Source: Stigonema ocellatum SAG 48.90 = DSM 106950 (GTDB lineage: Bacteria > Cyanobacteriota > Cyanobacteriia > Cyanobacteriales > Nostocaceae). Taken from it: a stretch of 40,000 nucleotides of DNA. The stretch's first letter is position 1; each line of letters opens with the position of its first letter. This document shows, in pieces, positions 8,092 through 16,641 of this stretch. The stretch is from positions 60,238 through 100,237 of the forward strand of contig JADQBA010000016.1 in assembly GCA_016903675.1 (NCBI GenBank). Direction: 5' to 3'. The position numbers and the translations under genes are program-made. The notes beneath the pieces were generated by a model that was not told the DNA's origin, did not search any database, and worked only from the letters and a program-made list of their open reading frames with translations.

Positions 8092-10326
8092 ATGAACAAA
8101 GCCCTACACACCTTTTCTCGACTCGCCCCCTTTATCCAAGAATACATATATAATCACAACTGGACTGAATTACGACCAGTCCAAATAGAAGCTTGTCAAG
8201 CTATATTTAACACCGATGCGCACTTGCTTGTCACTGCTGGAACTGCTTCGGGGAAAACAGAAGCTGCGTTTCTGCCAATTTTGACTTTATTACACGAAAA
8301 CCCCACTTCTACCATAGGAGCATTATACATTGGTCCTATTAAAGCTTTAATTAATGACCAATTTGAACGTCTTAATGATTTACTAAAGGAAGCGGATATT
8401 CCGGTTTGTCACTGGCACGGTGATGTTTATCAAAGTCATAAAAATAAGCTTCTCAAAAACCCTAAAGGTATTCTGCAAATTACGCCGGAATCTCTAGAAA
8501 GTTTGTTGATTAACAAAAATCAAGATTTATTGCGTTTATTTGGTGATTTACGGTTTGTGGTTATTGATGAGATTCATGCGTTCATGGGTTCGGAACGGGG
8601 TTGTCAAATTCTTTGCCAATTAACACGGTTGGAGAAGGTGACGCGAATACAGCCTCGGAGGATTGGGTTGTCGGCTACTCTCGGTGATTATTCCATGGCT
8701 GAGGAGTGGTTGCGTTCTGGAAGTGATAAGTCGGTGATTATATCGAAGGTTGAGGGAGGGAAACGGCAAGTTAAACTTGCTGTGGAACATTTTTATGTTT
8801 GTCGTGATGATGGGGTTGTAAGAGAAATAAACCGCCAAGACGCAGAGGGCGCAGAGAGAAATTATGAGGATGATTTGGGTGTGAGTTTATATGATGAATA
8901 TATTTTTAATTTGAGTAAGTCTCGTAAGTGTCTTATTTTTGCTAATAATAAATCTCAAACTGAGTCTGTGATTGCGTCTTTACGTCAGATTGCTGTGGAT
9001 GAGGGATACCCGGATATTTATCATGTGCATCACGGTAGTATATCCGCACTTTTGCGACAAGCTGCTGAAGCTGCTATGCGCGAACCTAATGAGCCGGCTG
9101 TGACTGCTGCTACACTTACTTTGGAGTTAGGGGTAGATATTGGTCATTTGGAGAGGGTGATTCAGTTAGAGTCACCTATGTCTGTAGCTAGCTTTTTACA
9201 GCGCTTGGGACGTACTGGGAGGCGAGGGGAGGCTGCTGATATGCGGTTTGTTTGTGCTGAAGATGAGTTGTCAGAAGAAGCAACGCTTCCGGAGCAAATT
9301 CCTTGGCAACTTTTGCAGTGTATTGCCATTATCCAACTTTATTTAGAGGAGCGTTGGATTGAGCCGATTAAGCCTCTTAAATATCCTTTGAGTTTGCTGT
9401 ATCAGCAAACTATGAGTATTTTAGCAGCAAGTAGGGAAATTTCACCTGCTGCTCTTGCTCAGGAGGTTTTAAGTTTACCAAGTTTTGCTGCTATTACCAA
9501 GGAGGATTTGAAGATATTACTGCGTTATTTAATTGATTTAGACCATATTCAAAAAACTGAGAAGGGTACTTTGATTCTTGGTTTGGCGGGGGAAAGGGTG
9601 GTTGGAAAATTTCAGTTTTATGCTGTGTTTCCTGATAATCAGGAGTATGTGGTAAAGCAAGGGACGATGGAAATTGGCAGTATTGTTAAGTTATTGCGTG
9701 TGGGATATCAATTTGCCTTGGCTGGCAAATCTTGGGAGGTAATGGATGTCGATTTGAAAAGAAAGATTATTTTTGTTAAGCAAGTCGAGGGTAAAGCTAG
9801 TATTTATTGGCGTGGTGGTAGTGGTGCTATTCATACAAAAGTTTTGCAACGGATGCGGCGGGTGCTGTTTGAGGATACGGAGTATAGTTACTTGCAAAAG
9901 AATGCTCTGGAACGTTTGCAGGCTGTTCGTGACCTGACGCGAAGGGCTGGATTAGATCAACAAAATATTTTGCTAATAGAAAAAGATAAGTGCTGTATTT
10001 TTCCTTGGATGGGTACTGTGGGATACCGTACTTTGGAAAGATTGCTCAATTGCTTTTGTCGAGAGTCTTTGGAAATTAAAAGTATTAGTGGAATCAATCC
10101 CTATTTTTTGACAATTAAGTTACCGAAGAAGAAGTTTAAGTTTCTTTATTCGGAAATTGTTTCCTTGTGTGAGCAAAGAATTACTTCTGAGAGTTTATTA
10201 AGTAGTTCGGAACCGTTGGAAAGACAAAAATATGATGAGTTTATCCCTGATAACCTTTTACAGAAAGCATTTGCGAGCGATTATTTAGATATGTTGGAAG
10301 TGAGGCAACAGGTGGCGATATGGTAG
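8092..10326 (+). CDS. DEAD/DEAH-box (Lhr-like, SF2) helicase (SngC-like candidate)
   Basis: 744-aa ORF. Motif I is TAGTASGKTEAAFLPIL, motif II VVIDEIHAF, motif III SATLG and motif VI LQRLGRTGRRG. A long C-terminal extension is present, as in Lhr-type helicases. Confidence 0.85.
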   Translation: MNKALHTFSRLAPFIQEYIYNHNWTELRPVQIEACQAIFNTDAHLLVTAGTASGKTEAAFLPILTLLHENPTSTIGALYIGPIKALINDQFERLNDLLKEADIPVCHWHGDVYQSHKNKLLKNPKGILQITPESLESLLINKNQDLLRLFGDLRFVVIDEIHAFMGSERGCQILCQLTRLEKVTRIQPRRIGLSATLGDYSMAEEWLRSGSDKSVIISKVEGGKRQVKLAVEHFYVCRDDGVVREINRQDAEGAERNYEDDLGVSLYDEYIFNLSKSRKCLIFANNKSQTESVIASLRQIAVDEGYPDIYHVHHGSISALLRQAAEAAMREPNEPAVTAATLTLELGVDIGHLERVIQLESPMSVASFLQRLGRTGRRGEAADMRFVCAEDELSEEATLPEQIPWQLLQCIAIIQLYLEERWIEPIKPLKYPLSLLYQQTMSILAASREISPAALAQEVLSLPSFAAITKEDLKILLRYLIDLDHIQKTEKGTLILGLAGERVVGKFQFYAVFPDNQEYVVKQGTMEIGSIVKLLRVGYQFALAGKSWEVMDVDLKRKIIFVKQVEGKASIYWRGGSGAIHTKVLQRMRRVLFEDTEYSYLQKNALERLQAVRDLTRRAGLDQQNILLIEKDKCCIFPWMGTVGYRTLERLLNCFCRESLEIKSISGINPYFLTIKLPKKKFKFLYSEIVSLCEQRITSESLLSSSEPLERQKYDEFIPDNLLQKAFASDYLDMLEVRQQVAIW

Positions 10327-10334
10327 GATTTTTT

Positions 10335-10446
10335 GGCATTGCTGAATCAAGGTATGAATTTACCTCACGCAAAGGCGCAAAGGCGCAAAGAGAAAAAGTT
10401 TTTAAATACCCCATTTTTTCATTTCATACTTCAATTCAGCAACGCC
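10335..10446. repeat. Hairpin-type small dispersed repeat: 24-nt imperfect inverted arms flanking a GCGCAAAG octamer x3
   Basis: ggcattgctgaatcaaggtatgaa (10335-10358) pairs with ttcatacttcaattcagcaacgcc (10423-10446). The internal sequence is cgcaaaggcgcaaaggcgcaaag. The architecture matches 34640-34719. Confidence 0.7.
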
Positions 10447-10511
10447 GATTTTTTTACATCCTCACGACAGGCGATCGCCTAAAAAGCAACAATCATTAAG
10501 GAGCAAAAAGG

Positions 10512-10754
10512 ATGAGCAGTTTTGCAAGCTATGCTGGCTTTTCAGTAGGCGAAAAAGTAAAGTATTTGGTTGGAACTCGGACGAATCTAGTGGCAACCAT
10601 AGGCAATATCGAGTCTCATGCACTGAGCAATAAATCCTTCGTTTTTAAGCTGGTTTTTGATGACGAATCACTCCCGCTGCACTTGAAGGAACAACCCGTT
10701 ACCCTTCCCCAAAATCTTGATTGGTTTGAGAAAGTTTGTGAAGTTGAATTTTAA
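10512..10754 (+). CDS. Hypothetical protein (80 aa)
   Basis: The ORF is preceded by aaggag 8 nt upstream (10498-10503). I recognise no motif. Confidence 0.4.
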   Translation: MSSFASYAGFSVGEKVKYLVGTRTNLVATIGNIESHALSNKSFVFKLVFDDESLPLHLKEQPVTLPQNLDWFEKVCEVEF

Positions 10755-10869
10755 TTAGGACAATATCAGGAGAACTTGGTTCTTGTGCTGATGACAAAGA
10801 TGCAAACTGTCAACGGTTTAATGAAAGTTGGAATAAAAGATAAGCAATTGCTTTGGCTTTCCAAGCAGG

Positions 10870-10997
10870 TATAGGAATCATATTTGATTTTTGAAATATA
10901 CGTAGGGTGGGCACTGCCCACCATAACCCGGATGTGGTGGGCAGTGCCAACCCTACACTACTTAAAATTTGTCATGAATGATTTAGGATTCCTATAT
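10870..10997 (-). mobile_element. 128-bp MITE, copy B (inverted relative to copy A at 2312-2439)
   Basis: The reverse complement aligns end to end with 2312-2439. It has perfect TIRs tataggaat/attcctata and contains gggtgggcactgcccacc and ggtgggcagtgcc. Confidence 0.7.
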
Positions 10998-11029
10998 TAG
11001 CCCAGCAGGATTAGTCAGGGACTGTCTTA

Positions 11030-11332
11030 TTATTCCTTAGACTCAGCTTGAGTATCTGATGTCACAGCTTCAGCAGCATCATCTTTGCTGGAAAATTCAC
11101 CTAAACCTCTATCTTCCACCGTAGGAGAACGGGAATCACCAGGGTCATCCTGTACAGTTGGCTTTTTCTGGACCTCAGAGTCTCCAGCAGTCGTGCTTGC
11201 TTTTTCAGGCTGGATAGACTTTTGGGATTCTTGATTTTCTGTATTCATAGATGATAAACCAATGTAAGATTCTCCGCTTTCTCTTCCTCTGTGGTTCATT
11301 TTCTCACAAATCAAACAAAATGGCGATCGCAT
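11030..11332 (-). CDS. Hypothetical acidic, low-complexity protein (alternative start at 11248, MNTENQ...)
   Basis: The ORF is rich in S/E/D/T/Q with no recognisable domain. It could be spurious. Confidence 0.25.
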   Translation of the reverse strand: MRSPFCLICEKMNHRGRESGESYIGLSSMNTENQESQKSIQPEKASTTAGDSEVQKKPTVQDDPGDSRSPTVEDRGLGEFSSKDDAAEAVTSDTQAESKE

Positions 11333-11349
11333 TCCTAAATAATTCTTAA

Positions 11350-11480
11350 CAAAAGTTAAGATATAGCACTCCTATTGGAGTCAAGGATGCGGCACTTATT
11401 GCTGTTTTAAGTGGTTCTGGGTTACGTCGTTCCAAAGCAGTGGGTTTAGATAAAGCACATTACAACCCAGAAGATGGTTC
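11350..11480 (+). pseudogene. Fragment of a tyrosine recombinase (phage-type integrase), truncated at both ends
   Basis: My translation reads QKLRYSTPIGVKDAALIAVLSGSGLRRSKAVGLDKAHYNPEDGSMLL. This matches the box around the first catalytic Arg in XerC/D-type integrases (RDxALlxxLyxxGLRRSExxxLxxxDy...dg.l). An in-frame stop lies at 11347, and the 3' side runs into the vapC gene on the opposite strand. Confidence 0.55.
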
Positions 11481-11891
11481 AATGCTATTATCTATCTCCC
11501 AATCTTCAATCATCAAGTTATGAACGCGCTTAAATTCTCTGGTGTTATGGGTAATGAGGGTTAAGTTATTTGTCAGTGCGATGGCGGCAATTTGTAAATC
11601 ATAAGCTCCGATTGGAGTACCTAATGCTTCTAGCCCAGAGCGAATCATTCCAAATGTCATTGCTGCTATATCGTCAAAGGGTAGTGATATAAATTGAGCT
11701 AAAAATTCTTGCTGTAAGGTAAGATTACGTTCAGGGTTTGCACTTTTTATTGCGCCATAAAATAGTTCAGCTTTGACGATTGAGCAAACAGCAATATCTC
11801 TAGTTGCAGTGGATTCTAGTTTCTGCTTTAAGGTGGAATTTTTACCACGCATATAGATAATACAAGTGTTAGTATCTAGCAGGAAGTTCAT
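11460..11891 (-). CDS. vapC: PIN-domain toxin VapC
   Basis: 143-aa ORF. The N-terminus is MNFLLDTNTCI (first acidic residue) and ITHNTREFKRV lies near the C-terminus. There is a 4-nt overlap with the upstream small ORF. Confidence 0.8.
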   Translation of the reverse strand: MNFLLDTNTCIIYMRGKNSTLKQKLESTATRDIAVCSIVKAELFYGAIKSANPERNLTLQQEFLAQFISLPFDDIAAMTFGMIRSGLEALGTPIGAYDLQIAAIALTNNLTLITHNTREFKRVHNLMIEDWEIDNSIEPSSGL

Positions 11892-12238
11892 AGAACCGCT
11901 TCGCGTTCAAGTTGTTGTCCTTGGGGATGGCGAAAGAATGTTTCATCTTGGATACATCCATAAAATTGAGTCAGGGGATATTCTGGGGTTTCGGTTGGGG
12001 TTTCTGGTTTTAGGGACTCGATGAGGGTTTTTAGCAATGCCCAGCCGAGGTTAATGTCTAATTCTTCGATAAGTTCAGCATAGAGGGATTGACGGAAGAA
12101 TTCTGAGAGTTTAGTGCTTTGAATAGGGTGGGTGTCGTTATTGTGTGTAGTCAGGCTTTGGGCAAGGAGTTGGATGATATACAGTTTATCGTTGGGGGAA
12201 AGCTGAAGGAGTTGTTGTTCGAGTTCTGGGATAGCCAT
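11888..12238 (-). CDS. Putative VapB-type antitoxin partner of VapC
   Basis: 116-aa ORF whose stop overlaps the vapC start by 4 nt (11888-11891). The call rests on position and size only. Confidence 0.55.
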   Translation of the reverse strand: MAIPELEQQLLQLSPNDKLYIIQLLAQSLTTHNNDTHPIQSTKLSEFFRQSLYAELIEELDINLGWALLKTLIESLKPETPTETPEYPLTQFYGCIQDETFFRHPQGQQLEREAVL

Positions 12239-12397
12239 GATGGGGTTTAAGTAGAGGATAAATTTATTCTACTTTCAGCGTCGCGCTTTAGATGCTTCCG
12301 CACGAGTATTCAGATGGTTCGCTGCGATCGCTATGAGAACAAATGACTTATTAACTCCGACAAAGCTGACATGAATAGAGAATAACGTACCAAAATA

Positions 12398-12841
12398 CTA
12401 CTTTGTCATCCTATCTAACGCAGATGGAGATGGAAATCTGCTAACTGCCATCAATGCTTGCCGCTCTATAATCCGCTCATTGTTGTTAAAATCAAAAATG
12501 CGTACTGTGACTTCTCCGATTTCTGTCTGTGGTTGAATCACTACCTCATCTAATCGAAAATGCTCTCCCCAAAAATCTCTACGTGGGTTAAAAAACCTAA
12601 CAAGTTCTCCAGTGCGCCAATTAATAGATCCCAGGTCGGTTCCTTTTTGGAGATTACAGAAAATACAAGAATAGGCAAGGTTATCTGCTGTTGTTGCTCC
12701 ACCGTGTTTAACGCTAATGATATGGTCAATTTGATAAGCTGAAGACCTGTCTGCTTCTAGAACATAGCAGTATTCGCACAAAAAATCAGCACGGTTGGCA
12801 ACATTGCGTCGCAGTTCTAAATTAATGTAAGGACGAGGCAC
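12398..12841 (-). CDS. HNH endonuclease
   Basis: 147-aa ORF with CEYC...QIDHIISVKHGGATTADNLAYSCIFCNLQKG (CxxC...H-N-H...CxxC). Confidence 0.8.
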   Translation of the reverse strand: MPRPYINLELRRNVANRADFLCEYCYVLEADRSSAYQIDHIISVKHGGATTADNLAYSCIFCNLQKGTDLGSINWRTGELVRFFNPRRDFWGEHFRLDEVVIQPQTEIGEVTVRIFDFNNNERIIERQALMAVSRFPSPSALDRMTK

Positions 12842-12850
12842 AGTGAACAG

Positions 12851-13105
12851 TTACTCAACTTTAATGTACATATAAGCACGGGCTTTTGCTAAAGTCATTA
12901 TATGCTCTAATGTGAGAAAAGTATCTAATTCCTTTTTTTCCTCTGGTGTCAAATCCCCCATTGTATGTTGGTAAACTAAGTCATCTAAACGTTCTTGTGC
13001 TATATCCGATAGTTTAAAATCGATGACATTTTCAGGTGTCGTTCCAGAAGCAATAAAATCAACAATTTCGTCGTAAACTTTAGTTGTCTTTACAGATGTA
13101 GTCAT
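12851..13105 (-). CDS. Small hypothetical protein immediately upstream of the HNH gene (possible partner or antitoxin)
   Basis: 84-aa ORF on the same strand, 9 nt from the HNH start. Confidence 0.45.
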   Translation of the reverse strand: MTTSVKTTKVYDEIVDFIASGTTPENVIDFKLSDIAQERLDDLVYQHTMGDLTPEEKKELDTFLTLEHIMTLAKARAYMYIKVE

Positions 13106-13209
13106 ATATTTATTCTCTACCTATTAGTGTCACTTCATCTATGGTACTCGTTTATAAAAGAGACACGGGGCTACGAGACAAAATTTTCTAATTAGTGCGA
13201 TAAGATAAA

Positions 13210-13719
13210 ATGAAAGAACAAACGTACTATTTCAAGGAAGCAGGTGGCGATATGCGAAGCGCTCTTGATGTTGCCAGATACTTCCTGTGTCGCATTGATA
13301 GGGATGCAGGTGATACAATATCCCCTTTGAAGCTTCAAAAGCTTGTGTATTATGCTCAAGCTTGGAGTCTAGTACTTAGAGATAAACCATTATTTTTTGA
13401 AAAAATTGAAGCATGGTCCCATGGTCCTGTGGTATATGAAGTCTGGAATGCTTATAAAGAGCATAGACATACTGCTATTCCTGTGCCAGATTCCTACGAT
13501 TTATGCGATCCCGATTTTCCTGATGATGAGCTTGAAGTACTTGAAGAGGTCTGGAATGTTTACGGGGAGTTAAGTGCAAGACAACTTGAACACTTGACCC
13601 ACACTGAAGCACCATGGTTGGATGCTCGAAAAGGTATAGATCCAGGCGAAAAGTCTCAAGAGGTTATTTCTCACCAGAAAATGAAATCTTACTATGAAAA
13701 ATACGTAGTTGAAGATTAG
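13210..13719 (+). CDS. Panacea (DUF4065, SocA-like) domain antitoxin candidate; more likely start at 13252 (MRSALDVARYF)
   Basis: The motifs ALDVARYFL, PLKLQKLVYYAQAWSLVL and EAWSHGPVVYEVW are characteristic of DUF4065/Panacea. Confidence 0.7.
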   Translation: MKEQTYYFKEAGGDMRSALDVARYFLCRIDRDAGDTISPLKLQKLVYYAQAWSLVLRDKPLFFEKIEAWSHGPVVYEVWNAYKEHRHTAIPVPDSYDLCDPDFPDDELEVLEEVWNVYGELSARQLEHLTHTEAPWLDARKGIDPGEKSQEVISHQKMKSYYEKYVVED

Positions 13720-14159
13720 TGGGCAAAAAACATTTACCAAAGCAAAAAAAAGATACGAAGGGGAGCAAAATTCCTGAAAATGCTACTGCTAATGCGTTTC
13801 AGGCAGGTACGACTGATCATCTAAGACCAAGTTTCAGATTTACGTATGCTGATGAAAACCGTTGGCATTTATCTGAATGGAATGCAGACGAAATAAAGGA
13901 TCTTATCCGTGACCTTAAGAAGATTGAAAAGTATACTTGGCTTCAAATAAAGGAGCAGGGGTCGAAACAAAGGGGAAGCTCTGTAGGGTGTGGTTTCAAA
14001 ATCATCCAAAATCATCCAAATTTGCCAAATAATGTAAGTGAAGATGTCACTATCTCAGAAATGCGTATCGGTCAAAAAAAACGTATCTTTGGCTTTCGGC
14101 TAGAATCACACTACTATATTGTCTGGTTTGACCGTGACCACAGCGTTTGCCCAGAATAA
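13719..14159 (+). CDS. Putative toxin partner of the Panacea protein; family unrecognised
   Basis: 146-aa ORF with a GTG start that overlaps the TAG of the upstream gene by 1 nt. The N-terminus is basic. The C-terminal segment ISEMRIGQKKRIFGFRLESHYYIVWFDRDHS is reminiscent of the RelE/ParE-type strand pattern. Confidence 0.45.
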   Translation: MGKKHLPKQKKDTKGSKIPENATANAFQAGTTDHLRPSFRFTYADENRWHLSEWNADEIKDLIRDLKKIEKYTWLQIKEQGSKQRGSSVGCGFKIIQNHPNLPNNVSEDVTISEMRIGQKKRIFGFRLESHYYIVWFDRDHSVCPE

Positions 14160-14229
14160 TAGCCCAAGTTGCGGGTTATCAAAATCCGGGTGTTTTTCAT
14201 CCAGAAATTAGTGTGATCGCACTTTGACA

Positions 14230-14262
14230 AATTCGCGGTGGCGCTACGCGCCACCGCGAATT
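14230..14262. terminator. Perfect GC-rich hairpin (15-bp stem, 3-nt loop) downstream of the Panacea pair
   Basis: aattcgcggtggcgc tac gcgccaccgcgaatt. No clear U-tract follows on the plus strand. Confidence 0.4.
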
Positions 14263-14781
14263 CGACCCAATCATCACGAGCAGTGTACTAGATCGGGTTA
14301 AGGTATTAATAATTTCTTGTTAGAGAAATGCTTGTTTCAGAGTAAATGCAAAAATAAATGCTTCTAGCTTCAGTAGAAACCCCTCATACGTGACTGCATG
14401 AATCGATTTCGGGAATAGACTTGTAATTCCGCTAAACACAGTCTCAACTCTCGCTCAGACATTTTTTTCGACCTGCATAAATTCAGGGGCTTGTACTCCG
14501 TCAGTTCCTGTGGTTGTTTTTTTGACCCTACACCCAAAACCCTATACCCCACACCCCCTTCTTGGTCATAGTCAAGGGCAAATTCACATTCGTAATTATC
14601 CTTAAAATTGAATCAAATCTGAGGTATTCAATTAACATTTGTACTTATTTTTCAGATCCTGAATGAATGATCGGTTAAAGTATTAAGCGATCACCTGGCA
14701 AAAACTGTATTTTCAAGCCGTATTTTTGGCGAAACTTTAAGCACTATTACTTATTGACAAATTGTTCATGACCTTAACCTA

Positions 14782-14976
14782 TTACTGATGCTCTTGAGCG
14801 AGTTCGCTATCTTTTTTCTTTTTGGGACCGTACAGATGGTTAATTAGCCGAGCTGTCTCGCCCACCTCCTCGACCAATCGTGCCAACATTTCGTGGGGAC
14901 TCCAATACCCTTTGCCCACTTCTGATACCCAAGCATCAAGCTGTTGCTGGATTTCTCTGAGGGTGTAATCAGCCAT
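14782..14976 (-). pseudogene. MazG-like nucleotide pyrophosphohydrolase, N-terminal fragment only
   Basis: The 64-aa ORF LARLVEEVGETARLINHLYGPKKKK matches the first EExGE helix of small MazG-family proteins. The second helix pair (normally about 45 more aa) is missing, and no continuation appears in other frames. Confidence 0.5.
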
Positions 14977-15114
14977 TTTTCAGCATAGGAGTTGATTGTC
15001 CTACTGATTTTCTAGACTACAAACTTAAGTTATTTTAGAATTTAACCTTAGAGGTAGTACGGGGATAAAAATACGTCTAAACTTTCCAACATTTTTAAAG
15101 GGTTTGAATCTAGC

Positions 15115-16641
15115 TTGCGCTTCGGGCAGGAACGAAACGAGGAGCTTTACCGTCAGCACCTCGAAGTCGTTGAAGAACTTTATAAATGCAAGCTCAGGGA
15201 TTTGGTCAAACCCTGGAATTCCGAATTTTCCTCGCAGATGAAGCTAATTCGCCTGCGCGACCAAATCCGAGATTTTTTCGGACGCGATGAAGTTAACTTT
15301 GTAGCGATTGACGGCACCTGCAAGGCAGAGGAGACTACCCAATTTTTGTTGTTTTACGCGGGAGCCTATGGAGCCAGGGGGTCTCTCGACCTCAAGGGCA
15401 TACCCCCAGCGTTACGATATCATAAGTGGTCGCTGGAACAAGATGTGTCAGTTGTGGCGCAGGTGCCAATCCCCTATGCGGAATTAGAGGATGTGCTGGA
15501 AGAAGAACGCGACCCTTTTGCTGTTAGCGATCTAGAAAAGACGAACCTTGCAGGGTTGCATACTCTATTGATGCAATTATCGGAAGTATATTTGGCTTAC
15601 GATACCGTAACCAGTAGTCGCACAGACGCGCCAGACTTCGTACTGTTGGACCAGTCAATCTCCTCTGCTATGGCATCGAACATGGTGCAGCCTTCTGCTG
15701 TGCGGATGATTGGTAGTCCTTGGAGAGAGCGCCAGCTGACAGAGGCTGATGCCACAATTGCCTTAGCTCATCCCTTTAATTCAGATTTAGGTATTCCCAC
15801 CGTTAAGCGGTTTCGTCAGTATACAGGACTTTTAGCTCGAATGCAGCAAGGTGGAGGCACTGTAGACCTGGAACAGGTTGCTGGCGAGGAAGGTTTGGAA
15901 TTGGACGACCTGAACTCCGGTGTTGCCTATTTAACTAAGCGAAATTTAGCGCAATTATCATCAGATGGTAAGCGTCTGACTTGGATGGGACCGCACGATA
16001 TCGAAGCTTCTTGGGCATATACCAAGGCTGTTTTTCGACAAATTTGCGAAAAACTGTTCGTGGAGAAAGACCCCACAGCTTTGATGTATACCGTAGAAAC
16101 AGATGAAATGCGGCGACGCCACTGGATGAGTCCCCCCGATATTAAGTTTTTAATTGGGGTGGGTTTGCGATCGCTCATTGAGGAGTGCTGGAAACGCAAT
16201 GTATTGCTGGTAGGGTTGGTTAAAGATTCGTCTTCGGCGTATTTCACCCGCAACTATTTGGGGGTAATGCGATTCCTTGACGTGCTTCCGGAGTTGAAAA
16301 GCTTTTCTCGCCCCTTACCATCAACTGACCGCATTGCTTTAGAAATTTTACCGCTAATTAACGATGAACTAGAATCTCCTTGGTCAACGGTTGAGTTTGA
16401 CGGCGTATTTATGACGATGTTTGTCCGCCAAGAACCCGACGGTACTTGTGACCTCAGTGGAGTTAGGGGAGATATCCTCGCGCCCGAATGCCTGACGGCA
16501 CGTTCCTTGGCACAGTTTTACTTAAATCGAAAGCCATCGGGACCGTTGATGGGTCATGTGATTTTCGTCGAGCGCTTGCTGCCGTTTATAAGCAAATCTT
16601 GGCTGCTGGGAAGGTGCGTGTCTATCAGCGTGTTGATGTAA
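15115..16641 (+). CDS. NurA-like nuclease (TTG start inferred; the C-terminal 30-50 aa are doubtful)
   Basis: 508-aa ORF with NurA-type motifs FVAIDGTC, FVLLDQSISS, LVGLVKDSSSAYF and PSTDRIALEIL. The frame opens at 15100 and the first possible start is the TTG at 15115. Confidence 0.6.
   Translation: MRFGQERNEELYRQHLEVVEELYKCKLRDLVKPWNSEFSSQMKLIRLRDQIRDFFGRDEVNFVAIDGTCKAEETTQFLLFYAGAYGARGSLDLKGIPPALRYHKWSLEQDVSVVAQVPIPYAELEDVLEEERDPFAVSDLEKTNLAGLHTLLMQLSEVYLAYDTVTSSRTDAPDFVLLDQSISSAMASNMVQPSAVRMIGSPWRERQLTEADATIALAHPFNSDLGIPTVKRFRQYTGLLARMQQGGGTVDLEQVAGEEGLELDDLNSGVAYLTKRNLAQLSSDGKRLTWMGPHDIEASWAYTKAVFRQICEKLFVEKDPTALMYTVETDEMRRRHWMSPPDIKFLIGVGLRSLIEECWKRNVLLVGLVKDSSSAYFTRNYLGVMRFLDVLPELKSFSRPLPSTDRIALEILPLINDELESPWSTVEFDGVFMTMFVRQEPDGTCDLSGVRGDILAPECLTARSLAQFYLNRKPSGPLMGHVIFVERLLPFISKSWLLGRCVSISVLM

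Noticed and set aside
14370-14552. 60-aa minus-strand ORF
   Set aside because: It starts inside STRR-like sequence (ccctacacccaaaaccctatacccc), has no RBS or motifs, and is probably non-coding spacer.
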